Of a stretch of 7,502 nucleotides of DNA, positions 1-7,502 are shown piece after piece. The notes under the pieces were generated by a model. That model did not search any database, had not been told where the DNA came from, and saw nothing but the letters and a program-made list of their open reading frames with translations. Each line of letters opens with the position of its first letter. The stretch's first letter is position 1. Both the position numbers and the translations under genes were made by a program. Origin of the DNA: Octopus sinensis (lineage: Eukaryota); contig NW_021828849.1 in NCBI RefSeq assembly GCF_006345805.1, positions 1 to 7,502 on the forward strand, given 5' to 3'.

Positions 1-385
1 CATACTATTACTATCACCCCATTACCATCATTCAGTATGTTATTTCAGTATGTTGGTTTAGTGTTCAGTCCCCCTTTTTCTCACATACCCACTCTTTCTC
101 TTTCTCTCTCTCTATCTCTCTATCTCTCTCTCTCTCTTATTATCACTGCCACCGCCACTATCAACACTACTACTTTTGATAAAAACATCATCGACTCTCC
201 CTAAATTTCTTTGTCTTTCTTTCTCTACCTCTTTTTTTTTACTCTCGCCCTTTCTCTGTCTGTCTTCGCCACCGCCCTTACCGTCTGTACGCATACTATT
301 ACTCAGAAGTGTCAATCAATAATGAGAGGAGGGGTTCGAACTGTGACACACTGACACACAGAAATTAGCTTTTGTATTTATTAAA
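1..385 (-). mobile_element. Possible non-autonomous interspersed repeat (Helitron-like 5' portion) containing a (CT)n tract
   Basis: The minus strand begins near 385 with AATAAATACAAAAGCTAATTTCTGTGTGTCAGTGTGTCAC. This loosely resembles the AT-rich start followed by (TGTC)-like repeats seen in non-autonomous Helitrons. No diagnostic 3' CTRR or hairpin is visible in the window, so this is a resemblance only. Confidence 0.25.
92..136. repeat. (CT)n microsatellite, imperfect
   Basis: Directly visible tandem CT units with TA interruptions. Confidence 0.9.
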
Positions 386-417
386 TTATATTATGTCATA
401 TATATGTATAATAACAT

Positions 418-570
418 ATCGAGGCGATGACTGTCAGTAATCAATTATGGTGGAATGGCTATGCTTAAAGAATGGCCAATGAACGACTACCGAAAACCAT
501 CTTCTATACTGAACTGGCAACAAGAAATCAGCAGCATAGAGGACCACAGCTGAAGTTCAGAGACGTCCTG

Positions 571-573
<3 letters not shown>
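418..573 (+). mobile_element. Degenerate RTE-clade LINE fragment (ORF C-terminal region downstream of the RT domain)
   Basis: Manual translation from 418 gives IEAMTVSNQLWWNGYA*RMANERLPKTIFYTELATRNQQHRGPQLKFRDVLK. This matches the RTE pattern SIEAM..QLRWxGHxxRM..RLPKxxFYxEL...G.x.RFKDxLK. There is an in-frame TAA at 466-468. The segment is homologous to RMRWLGHVSRMKDGRIPKDILYGEL...YKDVCK of the RTE at 3422-4100. Confidence 0.8.
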
Positions 574-601
<28 letters not shown>

Positions 602-638
602 TAGATAGATAGATAGATAGATAGATAGTAAGATAGTA

Positions 639-673
<35 letters not shown>
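572..673. repeat. (GATA)n microsatellite
   Basis: Directly visible, with a few GTA/GTAA interruptions. Confidence 0.95.
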
Positions 674-674
<1 letters not shown>

Positions 675-1175
675 GTTTCTTTATTGGCCACACAGGGCTG
701 CACACAGATGGGACAAGTTACAAAGTAGAGCTTTTCTTTTGGGGGATGAGAAAAATAAAGGTGGCGTAGGTTTTCGATCAAAAGGGATCGTTAAAGAGAA
801 AAAAGTACAAAAAAAAGAAAGGAAAAAAGAGGAAAAGAAAAAAAAGAAAAAAGGGAAAAGGAACAAAAGAAAAGAAAAGGATTCGAAACTGTGGCGGAGG
901 ATAGAGGCCAAGGGGAAAATTACTGCCGTCTTGGATTGAGAATTATTTGAGTGAGAGAGAAAAGGCAGGGAGCACCAAAGGCGGCCAATAGGCAAGACAA
1001 GACTAACTACAACCGGTGAAAAGTCGCCACTGATCCCATGCAAAGAATGTTTCTAACAAATCTGGGTTTCCGCAGCCACCCGAGACTCCATGTTAGAAGG
1101 CAAAAATGTAAGAAAAGGAAGTGGGTGGGATAACTTCTTGGGTCGAGAATGCCCACAACGACGATGACGGTGAAT
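674..1175 (-). mobile_element. Probable 3' UTR/terminus of a non-LTR retrotransposon (L1/Tx1-like)
   Basis: The minus strand ends ...GTGTGGCCAATAAAGAAACT, with AATAAA at 685-680, followed immediately by (TATC)n. It contains a long U-rich tract (about 795-880). This architecture is typical of L1/Tx1 3' ends, and I recall similar termini from octopus repeats. No coding sequence is present, so the clade and the upstream boundary are uncertain. Confidence 0.5.
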
Positions 1176-1185
1176 GCATGCTTGG

Positions 1186-1458
1186 GTATGTATGTATGTG
1201 TGTATGTATGTATGTATGCATGCATGTATGTATGTATGTATGTATGTATGTATGTATGTATGCATGCATGTATGTATGCATGTATGTATGTATGTATGTA
1301 TGTATGTATGTATGTATGTATGTATGTATGCATGTATGTATGTATGTATGTATGCATAAATGTATGCGTGCATGTATGTATGTATGTATATATGTATGTA
1401 TGTATGTATGTATGCATGGATGTATGTATGTATGTATGTATGTATGTATGTATGTATG

Positions 1459-1492
<34 letters not shown>

Positions 1493-1547
1493 TGCATGAA
1501 TGTATGCGTGCATGTATGTATGAATGTATGTATTATGTAGGTATGTA
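1186..1547. repeat. (TATG)n microsatellite with CATG/TATA variant units
   Basis: Directly visible array of about 360 bp. It is the source of the MYVC/HTYI pseudo-ORFs. Confidence 0.95.
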
Positions 1548-1553
1548 AGCCTC

Positions 1554-1587
1554 TATACATACATACATACATACATACATACATACA

Positions 1588-1621
<34 letters not shown>

Positions 1622-1623
1622 CA
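1554..1623. repeat. (CATA)n microsatellite, inverted relative to the preceding array
   Basis: Directly visible; separated from (TATG)n by AGCCTC at 1548-1553. Confidence 0.95.
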
Positions 1624-1712
1624 GGCATGCAAAAGGTACAGTGCATAAAAGAAGAAAAATATAAGAGGCAAGGCCGAGTAATAGTAGCGGTCCTGACCAT
1701 GACTGCGAGTTA

Positions 1713-1823
1713 GATGATGATGACGATGATGATGATAAGGAGGAGGAAGAGGAGGACGATGGTGGAGATGGTGGAAGGTGGGTGATGGGGGTAAAGTTAT
1801 GTTGATGACGATGGTGATGATGA
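1713..1823. repeat. Compound trinucleotide low-complexity tract (GAT/GGA/GGT)n
   Basis: Directly visible; gives the poly-S and poly-H runs in minus-strand ORF 1553-1879. Confidence 0.8.
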
Positions 1824-1960
1824 AGGTATAGGAATAGAAATATGAAGGTGTATTGATATATGATTACACGCGGCTGCACATATTAATAATTAACTAGGGC
1901 TGCGTATACACAGCTTCCTTTACATGAATACGTGGGTGCGTTTGTCTATACATATGTGAG

Positions 1961-2011
1961 CACGCGCGCGCGCGTATGTGTGTATGTGTATTTGTGTGTA
2001 TATGAGTGTGT
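1961..2011. repeat. (CG)6 followed by degenerate (TG)n
   Basis: CACGCGCGCGCGCGTATGTGTGTATGTG... is directly visible. Confidence 0.8.
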
Positions 2012-2113
2012 CAGTGACCAAATGGGTATAATACATTAATTTACTTTCTATATTCCTTAATTAGTTATAACTAATCTTCATCTAATATAAATAGAGACAG
2101 ATAATTAATTATA

Positions 2114-2114
2114 C

Positions 2115-2177
<63 letters not shown>

Positions 2178-2243
2178 CAGATAGACAGATAGACAGATAG
2201 ATAGATAGATAGATATATAGATAGATAGATAGATAGATAGATA
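2114..2243. repeat. (GATA)n/(GACA) microsatellite
   Basis: Directly visible. Confidence 0.95.
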
Positions 2244-2352
2244 ATACGTTTGTGTATGTATACATGTGTGTGTGCATATATGTATATATGTCCACACTAC
2301 AGACGCGCACACATATAGTGAAAGGATGAGAAACTGATAAATAAATAGAAAC

Positions 2353-2399
<47 letters not shown>
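2353..2399. repeat. (GATA)n microsatellite
   Basis: Directly visible. Confidence 0.95.
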
Positions 2400-2504
2400 C
2401 GCAAAAGCAAAGACGTGTGCAAATATATGGTTGCGTAGAAATAAATGAGTTACGCATCAAAAACAAATATCTATGTAAATGATGATAGCGTCAGCTGAAA
2501 TATG

Positions 2505-2575
2505 TCAAATAAATGTTAGTTTCGGCCCTCCAGATTTCGAGATCAAATCTCTCAAAAGTCAGCTTCACATTTTTG
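2505..2575 (+). mobile_element. Highly degenerate fragment of the same tRNA-type SINE family
   Basis: TTTCGAGATCAAATCTCTCAAAAGTCAGCTTCAC resembles TTTGAGTTCAAATTCCGCCGAGGTTGGTTTTAC (2701-2733). The match is short and weak. Confidence 0.3.
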
Positions 2576-2627
2576 TTACGTCTCGCATGGTTTTTAAATC
2601 GAATGAGGATTAATATAATGAAATCGA

Positions 2628-2849
2628 AGGCAGCGGCGAACTGGTAGAATCGTCACAGCACCGAGCAAAATACGTAGTTGCATTGCGTCCGTCTTCATGT
2701 TTTGAGTTCAAATTCCGCCGAGGTTGGTTTTACCTTTCATCCTTTCGAATCCGGTAAAATAAGTACCAATTGTGCACCGAGGTCGATGTAATCGACTTAC
2801 CCCATCGCCGGAACTCGCTGGCCTTGTGCCACAATTTGAAACCAATATA
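2628..2849 (+). mobile_element. tRNA-derived SINE, near full-length copy
   Basis: A-box-like TGGTAGAATCG at 2642-2652 and B-box-like GAGTTCAAATTCC at 2704-2716. The body (CCTTTCATCCTTTCG..TAAAATAAGTACCA..GATGTAATCGACT..GCTGGCCTTGTGCC.CAATTTGAAAC) aligns collinearly with the copies at 3172 and 4133. Confidence 0.85.
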
Positions 2850-2877
2850 ATCAGATCAGTTTGATGCAGTATCTAAG

Positions 2878-2993
2878 GGGGAAAAAAAGAACGAAAAAAA
2901 AAGAAAAAAAGAAGAAAAGGAAAAGAAATAAAAGAAGAGAGAAATGAAGAAAAGAAGAAAAAAGGTGGAAAAAAGAGGAAGAGGAAAAAAAAC

Positions 2994-3061
<68 letters not shown>
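2878..3061. repeat. A-rich polypurine tract (2878-2992) followed by (GATA)n (2994-3061)
   Basis: Directly visible. Confidence 0.9.
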
Positions 3062-3171
3062 TTTGTGAGTGTGTATTTGTATATGCTAAAAACTATAAAA
3101 GGAGCTGAATGACGGAATAAGCAGATACGTTGCAGTTGTAGCCATATAAGAACTATATTATTCAGTTTGAG

Positions 3172-3347
3172 CAAGTGGATTGACAGAATCATGAGAGCGT
3201 GGTACAAAATTCTTTACATTCTGAGTTCAAATCTTGCCGCCCCCTCTGGAATCGATAAAATAAGTTACCAGGCCATTTATAGGGCTTATCTAATCGACTA
3301 ACTCGTCCCCGCAAATTGCTGACCTTGTGCTCAAATGAGAAACAACA
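3172..3347 (+). mobile_element. tRNA-derived SINE, internally deleted copy
   Basis: TGACAGAATC, CTGAGTTCAAAT, TCGATAAAATAAGTTACCAG, TAATCGACT and GCTGACCTTGTGC occur in the same order as in 2628-2849, with two deletions of roughly 20 bp. A (CTA)n tract follows. Confidence 0.8.
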
Positions 3348-3397
3348 ACTACTACTACTACTACTACTACACTACTACTACTACTACTACTACTACT
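3348..3397. repeat. (CTA)n microsatellite at the SINE tail
   Basis: Directly visible. Confidence 0.95.
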
Positions 3398-3408
3398 CGC
3401 GTTGTTGC

Positions 3409-3421
3409 ATGTACTATTAAT
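3409..3421 (+). repeat. Target-site duplication of the RTE insertion, left copy (ATGTACTATTAAT)
   Basis: An identical 13-mer occurs at 4101-4113, and the two copies exactly flank the RTE homology. Confidence 0.9.
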
Positions 3422-4100
3422 TGTTGGCATCCTTTTTGTCTCGGGAGACAATGGAGTTGCGCATAAAATACTTCAGTCCGGCTTTTACATTTCATGTCCT
3501 GATACATTTCCTGCTGTGGCTGTGTAGTCCTATCCTGGACAAACACTCCCTCTGGCAGGTACCGCAAATGTAGCGAAGACTGTTCCTGGCTGGTTGTAGT
3601 GTCATAGTTTCTTGTTGACGTATTTTCTTGACTTTCCATTTCTCCTCTCGCTCTCTCTCTCTCTCTTCTCTCTCTTCTCCTCTCCTCTCTCTCTCTCTAT
3701 CTCTCTCTCTCTCTCTCTGTCACTCCTTTATATTCCCTCTTTTACGGTACGTCGCCAATCTCCACGGTTGCTGGCAATTGCTTCCCAACTGCTAATATTG
3801 ATGTTGCAGGCCTTCATGTCCCTTTTGCAAACATCCTTGTAAGTAAGAACGGTCTACCCACAGACTTAGTACCCCTAGCAAGCTCTCCGTAGAGTATGTC
3901 CTTGGGGATTCTGCCATCTTTCATACGGCTAACATGCCCAAGCCATCTCATACGTCTTTGTGTGAGGAGTGCAAGCATGCTTGGTATTCCTGCTTGCCTG
4001 AGGACATCATTGTTGGGGATATGATTCTGCCATTTGATGCGGAGGATTTTCCGGAGGCAGCGCAGGTGAAAGATGTTTAGGCGACGCTCTTGGCGTGTGT
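3422..4100 (-). mobile_element. 5'-truncated RTE-clade LINE (ORF C-terminus plus 3' UTR), inactivated
   Basis: The minus strand reads YTRQERRLNIFHLRCLRKILRIKWQNHIPNNDVLRQAGIPSMLALLTQRRMRWLGHVSRMKDGRIPKDILYGELARGTKSVGRP. After a 1-nt deletion near 3842 it continues YKDVCKRDMKACNINISSWEAIASNRGDWRRTVKEGI*RSD (stop at 3730-3728). A (GA)n array follows, then REEKWKVKKIRQQETMTLQPARNSLRYICGTCQRECLSRIGLHSHSRKCIRT* (stop at 3494-3492), containing the CxxC...SRIGLxSH motif. The 3' UTR has a stem-loop at 3436-3451 and a short CAACAA end. A 13-bp TSD flanks the element. Confidence 0.93.
3651..3718. repeat. (CT)n/(GA)n microsatellite inside the RTE coding region
   Basis: Directly visible; RTE protein homology resumes on both sides. 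Confidence 0.9.
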
Positions 4101-4113
4101 ATGTACTATTAAT
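4101..4113 (+). repeat. Target-site duplication of the RTE insertion, right copy (ATGTACTATTAAT)
   Basis: Identical to 3409-3421. Confidence 0.9.
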
Positions 4114-4132
4114 ATTATTCATATTATTATTG

Positions 4133-4343
4133 CGACAGAATCGTTAGCACACCGGGCAAAATGTTAGCGGCATTTCGTCCGTCGTTATATTCTAATTTCA
4201 ATTTCCGTCAAGGTGGACTTTGCTTTTTATCCTTTCGAGGACGATAAAATAAGTACCAGTTAAGCACTGGGGTGGATCTAATTGACTTAGCCCCTGCCCC
4301 GAAACTGCTGGTCTTGCGCCAAAATTTGAAACTATTATTATTA
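4133..4343 (+). mobile_element. tRNA-derived SINE copy, slightly 5'-eroded, with (TTA)n tail
   Basis: CAGAATCGTTAGCACACCGGGCAAAATG...TTCAATTTCCG...CCTTTCGAGGACGATAAAATAAGTACCAG...CTTGCGCCAAAATTTGAAAC aligns end to end with 2645-2842. Confidence 0.87.
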
Positions 4344-4866
4344 GTTGTGTTAACGAGCGTGCGTCTTTGTCTCTCCAATGGAATTTAAATTTTAGCAACG
4401 TTTGCTGAATATTTTGTTTTTTCCTTTTTTGATTTACTTCCAAACAGGGAATCTAAAAACGAACAACGTTTACCCAGTTACCAGTGAGAACAGAAATAGT
4501 TGTTTATTTACAAATTGTCAAAGAATTTTTTTTCCATCGTCTGGGATAGCGGTAAGAAGTAATATCAAAAAGAAGGAATTGCCGATCATGACATCGAAAT
4601 TTGTGGAGAATTATGAAAACAAAAATAAATACCGTAAAAAAATGTCAAACAAAGGAAAGCCTGATAATATTTGAACAAATATATGCAATTACAAACATAA
4701 ACATTGACACTTTCGAATATAAACAGAAAAACACGAACGAATACTTTTGTTACAGACAAAACAAAGACAATTTTCGCCGGGTAGACAACAAAAATGGTTT
4801 TACCGATGTTTTAAGCTGTAAAGAAGTTTTCAATGCGAGGCGGTGCTCACACACCACATATCTTCA

Positions 4867-4916
4867 TGTGTGTGTGTGTGTGTGCGTGTGTGTGTGCGTG
4901 TGTGTGTGTGTGTGTG
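4867..4916. repeat. (TG)n microsatellite
   Basis: Directly visible, with two CG interruptions. Confidence 0.95.
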
Positions 4917-4960
4917 GTGTATACAAACGCGCACGCACACAAACGCACACATATGTAAAG

Positions 4961-5002
4961 TATATATATTATATATATATATATAATATATATATATATA
5001 TA

Positions 5003-5063
<61 letters not shown>
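4961..5063. repeat. (TA)n microsatellite
   Basis: Directly visible. Confidence 0.95.
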
Positions 5064-5193
5064 CACACACAGATAAATAGCAAAGGCACGCGAAAAAACC
5101 CATTTTAGTTATTCAAAAAAACACATAAAATTCTGTGGAGATATACTTAATCAATTATCATTTGATCTGCGACCTGGTCACTGAAATTTATAT

Positions 5194-5295
<102 letters not shown>

Positions 5296-5436
5296 GTAAT
5301 TATTTGGACTTTCGGTATATGTCTATTAGTATGCTGATTAAAGCACATCGACAGTTTGGGCTACCGGATGTCATGCACGGTTACGACATAATTTTCACTG
5401 GATTTACGTCAGGAAATGCGCAGTATTCGTTTGATT

Positions 5437-5802
5437 TATAATTGAAGAGGGAAACGAAAGATGGATTTGGTACGAATTTTATTGTTTCAACCCATCCTGC
5501 AAGTGTCCCCCACCATAAGGGTAGGATATTGTGCATCTAGTTCTGTTGCATCAATCAGTGCAGTTTGTGTCTCTTCGGGGATTTTTGATATAGAAGATAT
5601 CCTACAACATATACTGAGTTCCTCCAGGCATGTTGTACCCTCTCGTAGTGTGTGTGTTTATACCAAGCATCCGAGGGGACGCAAACCGCAGTGACTGATG
5701 CAACAACCAGACGCACAATACCCTATCCCCATGCGACAGATGCAAGATGGGTCGAATAAAGATTCATACCAAATCCAATTTCCGTTTCCCTCACCAATCA
5801 TA
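5437..5802. repeat. Long imperfect inverted repeat/foldback (arms 5437-5592 and 5659-5802), possibly MITE-like
   Basis: The reverse complement of the left arm (..CCGAAGAGACACAAACTGCACTGATTGATGCAACAGAACTAGATGCACAATATCCTA..TGCAGGATGGGTTG..TACCAAATCCATCTTTCGTTTCCCTC) aligns with the right arm (..CCGAGGGGACGCAAACCGCAGTGACTGATGCAACAACCAGACGCACAATACCCTA..TGCAAGATGGGTCG..TACCAAATCCAATTTCCGTTTCCCTC) at roughly 80% identity by hand. An inner stem is formed by TACAACAT (5603-5610) and ATGTTGTA (5630-5637). Confidence 0.9.
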
Positions 5803-5825
5803 CACACACACACACACACACACAC
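5802..5825. repeat. (CA)n microsatellite
   Basis: Directly visible. Confidence 0.9.
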
Positions 5826-5877
5826 CACAAGCCTATATAATTTCTTTTCTAGTATCTTTCATCTTCTTTCTTACTTT

Positions 5878-5940
<63 letters not shown>

Positions 5941-5963
5941 CAGTAGTAGTAGTAGTAGTAGTA
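5878..5963. repeat. (TAG)n microsatellite
   Basis: Directly visible; source of the poly-Ser pseudo-ORF. Confidence 0.95.
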
Positions 5964-6025
5964 AGGTGGCGGATTGGGGAACTCTATAGTGTCGGACAAA
6001 ATGCCTCACAACATTTAAGTTCTGG
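5963..6025 (+). mobile_element. 5' head fragment of the SINE family
   Basis: AAGGTGGCGGATTGGGGAACTCTATAGTGTCGGACAAAATGCCTCACAACATTT resembles AAGGCAGCGGCGAACTGGTAGAATCGTCACAGCACCGAGCAAAATACGTAGTTGCATT (2627 onward). The similarity stops before the B box. Confidence 0.5.
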
Positions 6026-6469
6026 AATTTTGGTTATTCTAAACGTATACATTATTAGCACTGGCATACAAAAAAAGCATTTGGACCATTTCACTGTTGT
6101 GTGAAGAACTGGTGCAGAGAGCCAAGGATTTCTTGTAGTCTTTCCAACAACAGACTGCTTTCAGGTTCTGCAGCAATATCACCATTGTTTGCTTTGCCTG
6201 CTCAAGGTCGTAACGGAGAACGACAAGGTTAACAGTTCAGCATGGACGACGAGCTGTTTATCAATATAGATATAAACACGTCTCAAAGTATTTTGGTTCA
6301 AATAGCCCTTAGACAGGGCTCAAATATTGGGTGAATGACATGCCCAGGATCCTAACTATGATGTATTGTAAATAAGATTTTTTTTTTAAATACTGTTCGC
6401 ATGTCCAAATTTTGCCAAATGCGTTTTATTTTATTTTTTTTTTTCAATATTTGCAATGACCGGTTCTTT

Positions 6470-6860
6470 CGGTCAAACTATCGTATCTCCAGCTGCTTCA
6501 GATGCCAAGATATAGAAAATTATCAAAGTGTAGTACAATGGTTTTGCTATGAAATGGTGAAGCTACTTTTTCGTTTTCGGAGAAAAAGCAACGTTTGGAC
6601 TTACAACACATTTGCATAATAGCAACGAGTTATTCTTACACCATTTTAGTGGACGGTAAAGTGTAGAATCCGGTTACTGTCAATGACCTATCACGCCTAG
6701 ATTTAAAGCGGCTACAAAAATTGTAAGCTCTGCAACTTCTCCTTGAATTCACTTGACTTCTTCCTTTCTGGATCTATTCTACAAAAAGGTTGATTAGAAC
6801 GAGATAACGGAACACTTAACAATAAAACCAAACAACAAACAAAAAACTAGAAAAAGCCTT
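6470..6860 (+). pseudogene. Possible heavily decayed Tc1/mariner-type transposase remnant
   Basis: 6743-6772 translates as LNSLDFFLSG, preceded out of frame by TCT CCT (SP), resembling SPDLNPLDFFLWG. Weaker upstream echoes occur in the expected order (AASDAK near 6492, FA**Q near 6611, KV*N near 6658). There are many stops and frameshifts, and no TIR was identified. Confidence 0.3.
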
Positions 6861-7136
6861 GTTCTTTCTCGAAAGAAGCAATGCCAGACTTAGATGAAAC
6901 AAACAGTAATTTCTCATTAAAATCCTGACAAGAGTGCGAGATTAGTGGAGTACTTAGTCTGGGCAATTATCCAAGTGGGGTTTTAGAAAAGACCAGCGCT
7001 GACTGAACAACAAATGTTGATAGAGCCAATAAATATATAGATTGTCAATAAATCTGGTTTTGAGCCTCACTAAACAATTCCAGACCCACTTGGCGTTTAC
7101 TCAACTCAGAGGTCATGTACATGGCTCTACGTCTGC

Positions 7137-7502
7137 ATGTATGTGTGTATGTATATACATATATACGTATATATGCATGCATATATATATATGCAAGTAT
7201 ACATATATATATAATATGAATATATATACACATATATATATGCATATATATATGTATATATATATGTATTTACATATATATTTATATTTATATATTTAAT
7301 TTATTCAAATACATAGACACATACTTATATACAAACACACGTATGTAAAAGTAGTTATATACATGTGAATGTATGGTTGCTTGTATGTGTATGCATGCAT
7401 ACATGTATGCATGTATATGTATATATATATATACATACATATATGTATAAACATACACATACATACATACATATATATATAATATATATATATATAAACA
7501 TA
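7137..7502. repeat. Degenerate compound (TA)/(TG)/(CATA) low-complexity tract
   Basis: Directly visible. Confidence 0.9.

Noticed and set aside
330-342. GGTTCGAAC B-box-like motif
   Set aside because: It is isolated, with no convincing A box or tRNA/SINE context.
739-939. Lys-rich 66-aa ORF resembling a basic nucleic-acid-binding peptide
   Set aside because: It is the product of an A-rich polypurine tract.
1007-1671. Overlapping ORFs of up to 192 aa (MYVC/HTYI repeats)
   Set aside because: These are translations of (TATG)n/(CATA)n, which lack stop codons in most frames. There is no coding signal.
2628-2720. tRNA gene
   Set aside because: A/B-box-like motifs are present, but I could not build a cloverleaf and the sequence continues into a repeated SINE body.
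3814-4122. 102-aa ORF as a host gene
   Set aside because: It is part of the truncated RTE. Its ATG lies outside the element beyond the TSD, and its C-terminus is frameshifted.
4402-5005. ORFs 4402-4674 and 4601-5005
   Set aside because: They are AT-rich, Lys/Asn-biased frames with non-ATG starts, the second running into microsatellites, and I recognise no homology.
5451-5704. Hammerhead ribozyme/retrozyme in the foldback (CTGATG at 5695, GAAAC at 5451)
   Set aside because: The core reads CTGATGC rather than CUGANGA, and the motifs are not arranged in a three-stem junction.
5461-5989. Short ORFs 5461-5694, 5698-5880 and 5747-5989
   Set aside because: They overlie the inverted repeat and microsatellites, and no recognisable protein motif is present.
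6251-6475. Small hairpins at 6251-6284 and 6457-6475
   Set aside because: The stems are short and expected by chance, and there is no supporting context.

Overview
This is AT-rich, microsatellite-saturated eukaryotic non-coding DNA (intronic or intergenic). The SINE family and repeat spectrum resemble those I recall from octopus (coleoid cephalopod) genomes; that assignment is an inference. No intact host gene is evident, and nearly all listed ORFs are translations of simple repeats. Supported content: (1) a 5'-truncated RTE-clade LINE on the minus strand (3422-4100) with a perfect 13-bp target-site duplication, a frameshift, a premature stop and a (GA)n array inside its coding region; (2) a second, divergent RTE fragment on the plus strand (418-573), cut off by a (GATA)n tract that abuts the probable 3' end of an opposite-strand non-LTR element; (3) three recognisable copies and two fragments of a tRNA-type SINE, all on the plus strand; (4) a ~365-bp imperfect foldback (5437-5802) that the ORF track misses and that is the most interesting structure here; (5) head-to-head (TATG)n/(CATA)n arrays; (6) a possible, heavily decayed Tc1/mariner transposase relic. 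I found no evidence of a novel multi-gene system.
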